Notes: generated from the sequence alone by a model not told the origin. A stretch of DNA of 64,000 nucleotides from Sphingomonas sp. (GCF_029239295.1 NZ_JAQZBC010000008.1:58812-122811), one strand, 5' to 3'; shown: positions 19,267 through 29,679, numbered from the stretch's first letter. Program-made: numbers and translations.

Positions 19267-20064
19267 TCAATCGGCGCCCTGAACCGTCACATCGACCTCC
19301 AGCGCCTCGCGGCCGTCGCCAAGCCGCGAGCCAGCGATCGGCGCCGCCTGCGCGGCGTCGAGCCCCACAGCAACGCGAACGTGATGTTCCTCTGGCGACT
19401 GACCCAACCAGGGATCGAAGCCGATCCAGCCAACACCCTCCTGCCACGCCTCCGCCCAGCCGTGCGGCGTGGGCCGGTGATCGCCCGCCAGATCGCAATA
19501 GCCCGAGACATAGCGCGCGGGCACGCCGATCGCCCGGGCGGCGGCGATGAACACCTGCGCCATGTCGCGCGCGGTGAGCGCCTCACGCCCAAATGCGTCC
19601 GTGGCGGGCAGCCCCGTTTCCGGCCGCCCGGCGTCGTCGGCGAAACGATCACGCACCGCATGGTTCAACCGGTGAAGCGCGGGGATATCCGTGCCGCGAG
19701 ACGCGCTCGCCGCGAAGTCGGCAATCTCCGCCCCCGCTGCGGTGGTCGGTGTCGTGCGCAGGAAGAAGCGGGGCGGCAGAAGCTCATGCGCGCCGTGGAG
19801 CACGCCGGCGGACGGGCTGGTCACCACCTCCCCCGTCACCGTCAATTCGAGCTGATTAAGTGGCCCCTCGCAATATAACATCGTTGTCGCATTGCCGAAG
19901 CCGTCGTGATGATGGGTCATGCGCGCGTCGCAATCGACCGCGATGTGCCAGGAGGCGACCGTCTGGTCGTGCAGGTCGGCCGGCGTCAGGCGCAGCAGCT
20001 GGACGACGCGCCCCTGCGGTGCGGTGAAGGCGTAGAAGGTGCGGTGATCGATCGAGACGCGCAT
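19267..20064 (-). CDS. Transglutaminase-like protein (Bact_transglu_N plus core), catalytic Cys replaced by Ala
   Basis: RVSIDHRTFY N-terminus, VPARYVSGY, HGWAEAW, GWIGFDP; canonical CQD position reads ARD. Confidence 0.85.
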   Translation of the reverse strand: MRVSIDHRTFYAFTAPQGRVVQLLRLTPADLHDQTVASWHIAVDCDARMTHHHDGFGNATTMLYCEGPLNQLELTVTGEVVTSPSAGVLHGAHELLPPRFFLRTTPTTAAGAEIADFAASASRGTDIPALHRLNHAVRDRFADDAGRPETGLPATDAFGREALTARDMAQVFIAAARAIGVPARYVSGYCDLAGDHRPTPHGWAEAWQEGVGWIGFDPWLGQSPEEHHVRVAVGLDAAQAAPIAGSRLGDGREALEVDVTVQGAD

Positions 20065-20999
20065 CAGGAAAACTTGAACTGGCGGCCGATCGCCGCGTGA
20101 AGTTGATCATTCTCGGCGATCAACGCCTCGAGATGCTGGTGCAGACCGGACAAGATCACGTCGCTGGTGCGCGTCTTGCTGACGCGCGCGTGGCGGGTGC
20201 GGGCCATGCGATCGGCCTCCCCATTGGTGCCGGTACGCTTGGCAAGCTGGGTCAGCACGTCTGTCACCTCCTCGATCGCGCCGGCAATGCTGCGCGGCAA
20301 TTCGACGCGCGACAGCAGCAGATCGATCACATTGGCGGGAAGCAGCCCGTCATTGTAGATCCAGCGAAACGCGGTCACCGCCGACACCGTCTGCAGGATG
20401 GTGGTCCATTGATCGCGATCGACCGCGCCGCCGACCTCCTGCCCTTCCGGGAGGAGGATATGGTATTTGACGTCGAGCAGGCGGGCGGTGTTGTCGACCC
20501 GCTCTGTCGCTTGTCCGAGGCGGATGAACAGCGTCGTCTGGTTACGCAACATGCGATGCAGCGCGCCCTCGAAGCCGCGAGTCTCCGCCTTGACCGCGTC
20601 GACCAGCGCCAATGCGCGGTCGGGATCGAGCCGGCTGACGCGCTTGTCGAACACCAGCCAGGCGCCGTTGATCGCGGACCATGCCTCGCGCGTCAGCGCG
20701 GTGCGCACCGCTCGCGCGTTCATCCGCGCCATGTCGAGGCTGCGCATGAGCGAGCCGGGGTGCGAGGAATCGCTGGTGAGGAAGCGTGATACCGCCTCGC
20801 GCGTCAGGCTGGCACCAGTCGCCTTGAAGGCTGCCTCGGTATCGGTGACGGCGAGCGCGGACAGCCATGCTGCCTGGCCAGCGGGGCGCGCGGAAAGGAC
20901 ATCGAGGCGGATTGTCGCTTCCACCAGCCGGGCGATGAAATCAGCGCGCTCGACATAGCGGCCCAACCAGTAGAGCGAGCTGGCGGTACGGCTCAGCAT
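20064..20999 (-). CDS. Alpha-E domain protein (DUF403)
   Basis: MLSRTASSLYWLGRYVERAD and a second ER motif (LGQATERVDNTARLLDVKY); TGATG coupling to the next gene. Confidence 0.92.
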   Translation of the reverse strand: MLSRTASSLYWLGRYVERADFIARLVEATIRLDVLSARPAGQAAWLSALAVTDTEAAFKATGASLTREAVSRFLTSDSSHPGSLMRSLDMARMNARAVRTALTREAWSAINGAWLVFDKRVSRLDPDRALALVDAVKAETRGFEGALHRMLRNQTTLFIRLGQATERVDNTARLLDVKYHILLPEGQEVGGAVDRDQWTTILQTVSAVTAFRWIYNDGLLPANVIDLLLSRVELPRSIAGAIEEVTDVLTQLAKRTGTNGEADRMARTRHARVSKTRTSDVILSGLHQHLEALIAENDQLHAAIGRQFKFS

Positions 21000-21036
21000 C
21001 GCGCACCTCCCGGGCAGGCCGGGCGCAGCGCGGCGC

Positions 21037-22512
21037 TCACAGGCTCTGCTCCTGAACCATCGTGCCCATCGTCTGCGATTGCCGCCACTGATCGTCGAGC
21101 AGCACGAACGAATCCTTCGTTCCCCCGCCTTGCGACGAGTTGACCACCAGCGACCCTTCGCGCAGCGCGACGCGGGTGAGGCCGCCCGGCACCACCTGAA
21201 CACCCTTCGACCCGGTGAGGACGAACGGGCGGAAATCGACGTGACGCGGCGCGACGCCCTGATCGACGAGCGTCGGCACGGTCGACAGTGCAAGCGTGGG
21301 CTGCGCGATGTAGCGGTGCGGCTCCGCCTCCACCACGGCACGGAAGGTGGCGATTTCGTCCCTGGTCGCGGTGGGACCGACCAGCATGCCGTAGCCGCCC
21401 GACCCGTCGACCAGCTTCACCACCAACTGGTCGAGATTGTCGAGCGTGTAGCGAAGCGCCTCCGGCTCGCGGCAGCGCCATGTTTCCACATTGGGCAAGT
21501 TGGCCTCGCTGCCGGAATAGAAGCGGACGATCTCCGGCATGTAGCTGTAGATCGCCTTGTCGTCGGCGATGCCGTTGCCGGGCGCGTTGATGATCGCGAC
21601 GTTGCCGGCGGCATAAGCGGCGATCAGGCCCGGCACGCCGAGCAGCGAATCGGGACGGAACACCAGCGGATCGAGGAAATCGTCGTCGACGCGGCGGTAG
21701 ATCACGTCGACCTTCACACGGCCTGCGATGGTCCGCATGTAGACCATGTCGTCATCGACCACGAGGTCAGCCGCCTCGACCAGCTCGATCCCCATCGAAT
21801 CGGCAAGGAAGCTGTGTTCGTAGTAAGCTGAGTTGAAATGCCCCGGCGTCAGAACGACGCAGGTCGGGTTCTGCGCGCAGCCGCGCGGCGCGACCGAGCG
21901 CATCGTTTCGAGCAGGCGATCGGGATAGCTGTCGACGGCGGCGACGCGGAATTGCTCGAACAATTCGGGGCACAAGCGCACCATCGCCTCGCGGTTTTCC
22001 AGCATATAGCTGACCCCCGAGGGTGTGCGGGCATTGTCCTCCAGAACGTAGAATTCGTCCGCGCCGGTGCGGACCAGATCGATCCCGCAAATGTGCGCCC
22101 AAATCCCGTGCGGCGGACGAATGCCGAAGATCTCGGGCCGGAACTGCGGATTGTGGAAGATCAGATCCTCCGGCAGCACGCCGGCCTTCAGAATCTCCTG
22201 CGATCCATAGATGTCGTCGAGGAAGGCGTTGATTGCCTCGACCCGCTGGACCAACCCCTCCGACAGGCGCGCCCATTCGTCGGCCAAAAAGACACGGGGC
22301 ACAATATCGAACGGGATGATCCGCTCGCTCGCGTCACTGTCACCATAGACGGCGAAGGTGATGCCTAATTGGCGAAAGGTGGTCTCTGCTGACTCCTGGC
22401 GCCGCCGCAGTTCGTCGGAGGGTGTTTCCTCCAGCCAGCGGACGAGTTCCGCCAATTCGGGGCGCGCCGTGTCGCCCAGCCCCATGATTTCGTCGAATGC
22501 CCGCGTCCCCAT
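21037..22512 (-). CDS. Circularly permuted type-2 ATP-grasp protein (DUF404/DUF407)
   Basis: IIPFDIVPR, LEDNARTPSGVSY, VIYRRVDDDFLDP, NAPGNGIADDK, VVNSSQGGGTKD. Confidence 0.93.
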   Translation of the reverse strand: MGTRAFDEIMGLGDTARPELAELVRWLEETPSDELRRRQESAETTFRQLGITFAVYGDSDASERIIPFDIVPRVFLADEWARLSEGLVQRVEAINAFLDDIYGSQEILKAGVLPEDLIFHNPQFRPEIFGIRPPHGIWAHICGIDLVRTGADEFYVLEDNARTPSGVSYMLENREAMVRLCPELFEQFRVAAVDSYPDRLLETMRSVAPRGCAQNPTCVVLTPGHFNSAYYEHSFLADSMGIELVEAADLVVDDDMVYMRTIAGRVKVDVIYRRVDDDFLDPLVFRPDSLLGVPGLIAAYAAGNVAIINAPGNGIADDKAIYSYMPEIVRFYSGSEANLPNVETWRCREPEALRYTLDNLDQLVVKLVDGSGGYGMLVGPTATRDEIATFRAVVEAEPHRYIAQPTLALSTVPTLVDQGVAPRHVDFRPFVLTGSKGVQVVPGGLTRVALREGSLVVNSSQGGGTKDSFVLLDDQWRQSQTMGTMVQEQSL

Positions 22513-22633
22513 CCGACCGATAACGCTCCAATTTCGTTTCGGGTGCATGCTGCGCGAGAATGTTGCGCCGCACAAGAGCGCGGCGCACGGCGGGCGGAAA
22601 TCACGGGCCGGCCAGCGGGCCTCCCGTCGGCGA

Positions 22634-23236
22634 TCAGTCGGCGTATTTGACCGAACAGCCGTACGGACGCGCTTCGGCTACCGACACCTTCTTGCCCGCC
22701 TTCACATCGCCCAGTGCGGCGAGCAAGTGGTTGCGCGCACCGGCAATGTCAGCCTTGTCGGCGGTCGGCTTGTCGTCGATCCCGCCCTGGTAGACGAGCT
22801 TCCCCGACGCATCGATCAGATACATGTGCGGCGTCGTCTTGGCGCCATAGCCCTTGCCTACGCGACCCTGCGGATCGAGCAGATAGGCGGTCGGCTGCGC
22901 CTTTTGCGTCGCGACGAACGCCTTGGCCTGCGCCCCTGTCATATGGCCCTGCTTGCCCGGCGCGCCGGAGTTGATGGTGAGCCAGGCGGCGCCCATCGAC
23001 TTGGCCTTGGCCTGCGCGGCCTGCATGTTGCCACTGTCATAGTGTTTCTGCACGAACGGGCAGCCGGGGTTATTCCATTCGAGCACCACCGGGCGGCCCT
23101 TGAACTGCGACAGGGTCACGGCCTTTCCATCGGCGTCCATCAGCCGGAAGTTGCCGGCGGGCTGGCCGATCGTCTGGTCAGCGGCGGCGGGGGTCGCGGC
23201 CAGGGCCACGATTGCAAAAGGAAGCAGGCGCATCAT
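22634..23236 (-). CDS. Exported redoxin (AhpC/TSA, thioredoxin-like) protein
   Basis: Signal peptide; LEWNNPGCPFV, GAKTTPHMY, C-terminal YGCSVKY. Confidence 0.85.
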   Translation of the reverse strand: MMRLLPFAIVALAATPAAADQTIGQPAGNFRLMDADGKAVTLSQFKGRPVVLEWNNPGCPFVQKHYDSGNMQAAQAKAKSMGAAWLTINSGAPGKQGHMTGAQAKAFVATQKAQPTAYLLDPQGRVGKGYGAKTTPHMYLIDASGKLVYQGGIDDKPTADKADIAGARNHLLAALGDVKAGKKVSVAEARPYGCSVKYAD

Positions 23237-23244
23237 CGCTCTCC

Positions 23245-25275
23245 TCAACTCGTCCTGCCCCCCGGCAATGCCGCGAGCATGCCGCTGGTCAGCAGTTGCG
23301 GCAAGACCTGCGGACGATCAGCGCCCTTCGGGTACCAGAGATACAGCGGCACGCCGGCACGGTTGTGCGCCTCGATAAAGCGGCCGAGCGCCGGATCGCC
23401 ATCGGTCCAGTCGCCCACCAGCACCGCGACATTGCCGTCGGCGAAGGCGCGCCGCGCGGCGTCGGTTTCGATCGCGGTCTTTTCATTGACCTTGCACGTC
23501 ACGCACCAGTCCGCGGTGAAATAGGCGAACACCGGGCGCCCCTCGGCCCGCAAGGCGGCAAGCCGCTGCTCCGTGAAGGGCTCACTTCCCGCCATTGCGA
23601 CGGCTGCCGACGGCGGCGCGGCACGGACGAGCAGCACTGTCACCAAGGCAAGGCCGAGCGCCGGAACGGCCGGCCACCAGACCCGATCGCGACCCGCGGC
23701 CTGCCGGCGCCCCGACCACCACAGGCCGAAGGCAGCGACAAGCGTTGCGGCCAGACCGATCGTCATCCCGTCCACCCCAGCCTGCCGCCCAAGCACCCAA
23801 GCCAGCGCGAGCGCGGTGAGGAACATCGGTACCGACAGAATACGACGCAGCCGTGCCATCCACGGCCCTGGTTTCGGCAGACAACGGCGCAACGCAGGAA
23901 TGAAGCCAATGGCCAAGAACGGCAGGGCAATACCGAGGCCAAGTCCGGCGAACACCAGCATCGCGGCATGCGGTGGCAGCACCAGCGCCGCGCCCAGCGC
24001 CGCGCCCATGAACGGCCCGGTGCACGGCGTCGCGACAAAGGCGGCCAGCGCCCCGGTGGCGAAAGCGCCGCCGGTACCCGAGCGACTGGCGAAGCGCGGA
24101 GTCGGCAGCTCGAACAGGCCGGCCAAGTTGAGCGCGATCGCCATGACCAGCAGCAACAGCACGCCGATCACGCGCGGATCCTGCAACTGGAAGGCCCAGC
24201 CAACGCTCGCCCCGCCCGCGCGCAACGCGAGCAGCACGCCGCCCAGCGCCAGGCAGACCAGCACAACCCCGGCGGTATAGGCGAGCGCCTCGCGTCGGGC
24301 CGCGCTCTCTGTCTCGCCGGAGCGGGCCAGGCCAAGCGCCTTCAGACTGAGGATCGGGAACACGCACGGCATGATGTTGAGCAGCAAGCCGCCCAGCAGC
24401 GCGCCGGCGAAGGCAAGCAACGCGGGCATTAGCGCACTGTCGGTTGCCGCGGCGGTCGGTGCCGCAACCGTTCCGGGACCCGCGCTGATTGCAAAGCCCT
24501 GCCCGTCGCCCGTCGCGAGAACCCCCTCGATCGTGCCGCTGGCAGGCGACGATGGCGCCTTGGTCGCGATGATCAGCTGGTCGCCGTTGCGCGTGACCGT
24601 CTGCGGTGCGGCGTAGTCGATCGCCCCGGCGGCGAGCGGGTAGAAATAGGCGTCACGAAGCTGGGCATCGGCGGGGTAAGGCACTGCGAGGCGGAATTGC
24701 CCGTCGGCCATCTGCCACGTGCCGGTGGACCCCAGCGGCTTGGGCAGTTTCTGCCGCCATTGGTCGAAGCGGGCGCGCGTGGCTGGATCCACCGCGCCAT
24801 CGCCAACGACGAGCTCGGTCGACAGCGTCTGGCTTTCGGGAACGCAGATCTCCTTCGTGCAGACCAGATAATCCGCCTTCACCGACACCGGCAGGCGCGT
24901 CCCTGCCGCCAGCCCGGCAGGGATCTTCAGGTCAACGAGCTGCGCGAACGGTGCCTCATAGACATAGTTCATCAGCCCGCCGACGATCAGCCGCTCGGGA
25001 ACCGGATAGCGTAGCGTGCCCGCCGTCACGCCTTGCGGCAGCGTCCAGCCGAGCTGGGTCTCGATGCCGGCGTCACCTGGGTTCTGCCAATAACCATGCC
25101 ATTCGGGCTCGGGACGCGAATCGAACGCCAGTGTCACGGTACTGCCGACGGCTGGGCGCGCGGTCTCTGGCACCAGCGTGATTGCCACATGCCGGGTCTG
25201 TGCCGCCGCTGTTTGTGCCAGCAGCGTCATGACCATGAAAAACAGGGTCGTTACCCAAGCTTGCCTAGCCGTCAT
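23245..25275 (-). CDS. dsbD: DsbD-family protein-disulfide reductase
   Basis: WHGYWQNPGDAG, CTKEIC, NIMPCVFP, ATPCTGPF, TADWCVTC. Confidence 0.88.
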   Translation of the reverse strand: MTARQAWVTTLFFMVMTLLAQTAAAQTRHVAITLVPETARPAVGSTVTLAFDSRPEPEWHGYWQNPGDAGIETQLGWTLPQGVTAGTLRYPVPERLIVGGLMNYVYEAPFAQLVDLKIPAGLAAGTRLPVSVKADYLVCTKEICVPESQTLSTELVVGDGAVDPATRARFDQWRQKLPKPLGSTGTWQMADGQFRLAVPYPADAQLRDAYFYPLAAGAIDYAAPQTVTRNGDQLIIATKAPSSPASGTIEGVLATGDGQGFAISAGPGTVAAPTAAATDSALMPALLAFAGALLGGLLLNIMPCVFPILSLKALGLARSGETESAARREALAYTAGVVLVCLALGGVLLALRAGGASVGWAFQLQDPRVIGVLLLLVMAIALNLAGLFELPTPRFASRSGTGGAFATGALAAFVATPCTGPFMGAALGAALVLPPHAAMLVFAGLGLGIALPFLAIGFIPALRRCLPKPGPWMARLRRILSVPMFLTALALAWVLGRQAGVDGMTIGLAATLVAAFGLWWSGRRQAAGRDRVWWPAVPALGLALVTVLLVRAAPPSAAVAMAGSEPFTEQRLAALRAEGRPVFAYFTADWCVTCKVNEKTAIETDAARRAFADGNVAVLVGDWTDGDPALGRFIEAHNRAGVPLYLWYPKGADRPQVLPQLLTSGMLAALPGGRTS

Positions 25276-25316
25276 GCCCGGCACATACCGCGCCTCGTCG
25301 CCAAGCACCAAGGTTC

Positions 25317-26972
25317 ATGATGAAAGCTCTTCTCGCCGCGCTTCTTGCCTCGATCGCCCTGCCTGTTGCCGCGCAGGAAGCGGTTCTCGAATCCGCCCAG
25401 CCGCCAGCGCCGGTGAGCGCCGCCACCCCGCGCACGCCACCCAAGCTGATCGTCGCGATCTCGGTGGATCAATTCTCCGCCGATCTTTTTGCCCAGTATC
25501 GCAATCGCTTCACCGACGGATTTGCGAGGCTGTTGCAGGGCGCGGTATTTCCCTCGGGATATCAGAGCCACGCCGCGACCGAGACCTGCCCCGGCCATTC
25601 CACGATCCTGACCGGGATGCGGCCGGGCCGCACCGGCATCATCGCCAACAATTGGATCAACCAGGACGCGCCGCGCGAGGACAAGGAAGTTTACTGCTCC
25701 GAGGACGAGCGGATCCCCGGCACCGATCACCGCAACTACAAGGTCGCCGACCTGCACCTGAAGGTGCCGACGCTGGGCGAGATGATGAAGGCGGCGAACC
25801 CCGCCAGCCGCGTCGTCTCGGTAGCGGGCAAGGATCGCGCGGCGATCATGATGGGCGGCCACAAGGTCGATGAGCTTTGGTTCTGGGACGGCAAGGATTT
25901 CGTGTCCTACGATGGCCGCGCGGTCCCGCCCGCGGTGCAGCGCGGGCGCGAAGCCGTGGCCCGGTTGATCGCTCAGCCGCAGGAGCCGCTCGCCGTTCCC
26001 GCCTTCTGCCGGCCGCTGATGCAGCCGATCGAGGTGGGTGGGCAGACCATCGGCAACGGCCGCTTCGCCCGCGCCGCCGGCGACACACGCGCATTTCGCG
26101 CCTCTCCGGCGATGGACGGCGCGGTGTTCGCGATTGCCGCCGGCCTGATCCAGGACATGAAGCTTGGCAAAGGCAGCGCGCCCGACATCATTTCGATCGG
26201 CGCATCGGCGACCGACTATGTCGGCCATGGCTATGGCCCGGGCGGCGGCGAGATGTGCCTGCAGATGGCCGAGCTCGACAAGACGCTGGGCGGCTTCTTC
26301 GCGACGCTCGATTCGTGGGGCCTCGATTACGAGGTAGTGCTGACCGCCGATCATGGCGGCCATGACGCGACCGAACGGCAGCAGCAGCGCGCCATGCCGG
26401 GCGAAACCCGCGTGTCGCCCGCGCTGTCCGTGCAGGAAATCAGCACCGCGATCGGCAAGCAGATGGGCATCACCGGCCCGGTCCTGCTCGGGTCAGAAGG
26501 CGACGTCTATGTCGCGAAGACAGTGCCAGCAAACCGCCGCAAGGCCGTGATCGCCGAAGCCGTCAAGCGGATCAGCGCCTTTCCGCAGGTCGCCGCGGTC
26601 CTGACGCGTGAGCAGATTGCAGCAGCGACCATCCCCGCCACGCCGCCGGAAACCTGGACGCTGGAGCAGCGCGCCCATGCCTCGTTCGATCCGGAGCGTT
26701 CGGGCGATTTGCTGATCATGCTGAAGCCCCGCGTCACCGGCATTGCGAAGCCCGGTCCGGGCTATGTCGCGACGCACGGCAGCCCGTGGGATTATGATCG
26801 CCGCGTGCCCATCCTGTTCTGGCGCAAGGACATGGCCGGGTTCGAACAGCCGCAGTCGGTGGAAACGGTCGACATCGTCCCGACGCTGGCCGCGACGATC
26901 AACCTGCCGGTGAAGGGGCTGGATGGACGCTGCCTCGATCTGGACAGCGGCCCTAACGACACCTGCCGCTAA
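25317..26972 (+). CDS. phoK: Alkaline phosphatase, PafA/PhoK family
   Basis: Signal peptide; ISVDQFS, ETCPGHSTILTG (Thr nucleophile), GKDRAAI, LTADHG, THGSPWDYD. Confidence 0.8.
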   Translation: MMKALLAALLASIALPVAAQEAVLESAQPPAPVSAATPRTPPKLIVAISVDQFSADLFAQYRNRFTDGFARLLQGAVFPSGYQSHAATETCPGHSTILTGMRPGRTGIIANNWINQDAPREDKEVYCSEDERIPGTDHRNYKVADLHLKVPTLGEMMKAANPASRVVSVAGKDRAAIMMGGHKVDELWFWDGKDFVSYDGRAVPPAVQRGREAVARLIAQPQEPLAVPAFCRPLMQPIEVGGQTIGNGRFARAAGDTRAFRASPAMDGAVFAIAAGLIQDMKLGKGSAPDIISIGASATDYVGHGYGPGGGEMCLQMAELDKTLGGFFATLDSWGLDYEVVLTADHGGHDATERQQQRAMPGETRVSPALSVQEISTAIGKQMGITGPVLLGSEGDVYVAKTVPANRRKAVIAEAVKRISAFPQVAAVLTREQIAAATIPATPPETWTLEQRAHASFDPERSGDLLIMLKPRVTGIAKPGPGYVATHGSPWDYDRRVPILFWRKDMAGFEQPQSVETVDIVPTLAATINLPVKGLDGRCLDLDSGPNDTCR

Positions 26973-27028
26973 GCCTGGCATCAGCGCGGCGCCGGTCACC
27001 TGCGGGTGGCCGGCGCCGCACCGACCGA

Positions 27029-27964
27029 TCAGGGCTGGCGCACCTCATAGGCGCGCACGCCCGCGCCCAGGCTGTTCGTGCCGATCGCCAGCCGGTCTCC
27101 GCTGACATTCGCGACAAAGGCCGGGCTCTTCTCCTGTCCTGGTGCCAGGCTGGCGACATTGTCGTGGATGGAAAGGCCGGCGGCGCTGTATTTGCGCTGT
27201 TCGGCCGAGACCACGATCATCCCGCCCCAGTTCTCCTTCCGCGGCCCCTGCACGAAGGTGTTGCGTGCAATCTCGCCGGTGCCGCCCTCGGGCAGATCGA
27301 TCATGTAGTTGGTGCGGTTGCCGCCGCTATCGTCGAAACTGTTGTCGATGATGCGGACGCGAGGGGCGCGCAATTTCACATAATGGCCACCCTGCCCCCG
27401 CTCGAAACGCGAATTGGTGATCGTCACGCTGCCGCGATTTGCGAGGTAGATCGAATGCGCGCAATCCTCCGTCTCGTGGCATTGGCCAAGGCCGGAGAAG
27501 GTCGACCGATCGATTGTGACGCTTGCCTGATCGTCCGTCGCGCCCAGGATACCTTCCTGACTGTCGAGGAACATCGAATTGCGCACCACAAGGTCGCCGA
27601 TCTCGATTCGGATTCCCGCGCCGTTCCCGTCCGGCACGCGGATGCCGCGAAAGACGATGCCGTCGATCGTCGATCCATTGCCGCGCAGGACCAGTGCCGC
27701 TTTCCCCTCACACGCGCCCTCGAAGATCGCGGTGCCGGGTTTCACCGCCTTGAAGGTGACCCGGCCAGCCTGCTGGATCGCGCACTCGCGATACGTGCCA
27801 GGCGCAATTAGAACGGTGAAGTCGCGGCCGCGGTTCGCCTGCAGCGCATCGTCAAGCGTGCCATAGATCTCGCCGGTCTCCGCAACGGTGAATGGCGCCG
27901 GACGCGGCTGGCTGGCGACGGGAGCGGCGATCAGTACCGCCAGGAGAATGGAGGCTGGGCGCAA
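27029..27964 (-). CDS. Exported right-handed parallel beta-helix repeat protein
   Basis: Signal-like N-terminus and PbH1-type repeats (GAGIRIEIGDLVVRNSMFLDSQEGIL); start uncertain (TTG 27964 chosen; ORF extends to 28042). Confidence 0.75.
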   Translation of the reverse strand: MRPASILLAVLIAAPVASQPRPAPFTVAETGEIYGTLDDALQANRGRDFTVLIAPGTYRECAIQQAGRVTFKAVKPGTAIFEGACEGKAALVLRGNGSTIDGIVFRGIRVPDGNGAGIRIEIGDLVVRNSMFLDSQEGILGATDDQASVTIDRSTFSGLGQCHETEDCAHSIYLANRGSVTITNSRFERGQGGHYVKLRAPRVRIIDNSFDDSGGNRTNYMIDLPEGGTGEIARNTFVQGPRKENWGGMIVVSAEQRKYSAAGLSIHDNVASLAPGQEKSPAFVANVSGDRLAIGTNSLGAGVRAYEVRQP

Positions 27965-28186
27965 GATTGGATCCTTCTGTCTGCCGCCGGCGCGGGGACG
28001 GACGGGGTCGGTCCATCCTTTTCTTCTGACCGCTTTACCCAAGCGCAGGCGCGACGCAGCCCATCACGGCGCAACGCCGTGTCCCGTCGCGGCACGGCAG
28101 CAGCGCGTCTCGTTTCCTGTTGCAACTGACTTAATCGCGCCCCACACATGGAGGGAAACGTCGGTTCCAAGAGACGGAGAGGCATC

Positions 28187-29617
28187 ATGCAAAGCTATCT
28201 GAAACACTATATCGACGGCGCCTGGGTCGACAGCGATGGTGGCAAGCGCCACCAAGTGATCGATCCCGCGACCGAGCAGCCCACCACCGAAATCACGCTT
28301 GGCAGCGAAGCCGATGTGAACAAGGCGGTCGCCGCCGCCAAGAAGGCGTTCAAGACCTGGTCGCAGTCCACGGTGGAAGAGCGGATCGCGCTGATGGAGC
28401 GGATCATTGCCGGCTATAAGGCGCGCATTCCGGATCTGGCCGCCGCCACCAGCCGCGAAATGGGCGCGCCGATTTCCTTTGCCAATATGGCTCAGGCACC
28501 CGCCGGCCTTGGGCACTTCATGGGCACGCTGGCCGCGCTGAAGGAATTCAGCTTCTCCGAGCAGGCCGCCAAGGGTGCGCGTGTGGTTCACGAGCCGATC
28601 GGTGTCGTTGCCATGATCACGCCGTGGAACTGGCCGCTCAATCAGATCTGCGCGAAGGTCGCGCCGGCGCTGGCAGCGGGCAACACGATGGTCCTGAAGC
28701 CGTCGGAAGAAGCACCGACCAACGCGATGATTCTGGCCGAGATCCTGGAAGAGGCTGGCGTCCCGGCTGGCGTGTTCAACCTCGTCAATGGTGATGGGCC
28801 GACGGTCGGCGCCGCGCTGTCGGCGCACAAGGACGTCGACATGGTGAGCTTCACTGGCTCCACCCGCGCTGGCATCGCCGTCGCGACCGCCGCAGCCGCT
28901 ACCGTGAAGCGCGTCCATCAGGAACTGGGCGGCAAGGCCCCCAACGTCGTGCTCGAGGGTGCGAAGCTGGGCGAAGTACTGCCCCCCACTCTGGCAGGCG
29001 TCATCGCCAACACCGGCCAGAGCTGCATCGCACCGACCCGCCTCCTGGTGCACAAGAGCCAGGTCAACGAGGCCGAAGAGGTCGTAAAGGCGATCATGGA
29101 AGCCACCCAGGTGGACAGCCCCGAGAAGCAGGGCGCCCACATCGGTCCGGTCGTCAACAAGGCCCAGTTCGAGAAGATCCAGGACCTGATTCAGTCCGCG
29201 CTGGACGAAGGCGCTCGGCTAGTCACCGGCGGCGTGGGTCGCCCCGACGGCCGCAACGCGGGCTATTACGTGAAGCCGACCGTGCTTGCCGACGTGACAC
29301 CCGACATGCGCATTTACCGTGAGGAGACGTTCGGGCCTGTCGCAACGATCACGACCTACGAAGACAGCGAGCAGGCCGTCGAGATGGCGAACGACACCGA
29401 TTACGGCCTGTCGGCGACGATCTCGGGCGATCCTGCGGAGGCTTCCAAGATCGCCGGCAAGCTGCGCGCCGGCCTGGTCACAATCAACGCCTGGGGGCCG
29501 AACGGCGCCACCCCGTTCGGCGGCTACAAATCGTCCGGCAACGGGCGTGAGGGCGGCAAATGGGGCCTGACCGACTTCATGGAAGTGAAGACCATCATCG
29601 GCGAAAACGCCGCCTGA
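28187..29617 (+). CDS. Aldehyde dehydrogenase
   Basis: ITPWNWPLNQ, LKPSE, SFTGST, QELGGK, NTGQSCIAP, EETFGPV. Confidence 0.95.
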   Translation: MQSYLKHYIDGAWVDSDGGKRHQVIDPATEQPTTEITLGSEADVNKAVAAAKKAFKTWSQSTVEERIALMERIIAGYKARIPDLAAATSREMGAPISFANMAQAPAGLGHFMGTLAALKEFSFSEQAAKGARVVHEPIGVVAMITPWNWPLNQICAKVAPALAAGNTMVLKPSEEAPTNAMILAEILEEAGVPAGVFNLVNGDGPTVGAALSAHKDVDMVSFTGSTRAGIAVATAAAATVKRVHQELGGKAPNVVLEGAKLGEVLPPTLAGVIANTGQSCIAPTRLLVHKSQVNEAEEVVKAIMEATQVDSPEKQGAHIGPVVNKAQFEKIQDLIQSALDEGARLVTGGVGRPDGRNAGYYVKPTVLADVTPDMRIYREETFGPVATITTYEDSEQAVEMANDTDYGLSATISGDPAEASKIAGKLRAGLVTINAWGPNGATPFGGYKSSGNGREGGKWGLTDFMEVKTIIGENAA

Positions 29618-29630
29618 TCAAAAACAATCG

Positions 29631-29665
29631 CGGGCGTCCCCACACAAGGGGGCGCCCGTTTTCTT
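29631..29665 (+). terminator. Intrinsic terminator after ALDH
   Basis: CGGGCGTCCCC/GGGGGCGCCCG stem plus TTTTCTT. Confidence 0.65.
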
Positions 29666-29679
29666 GAGGGGAGAGGAAA

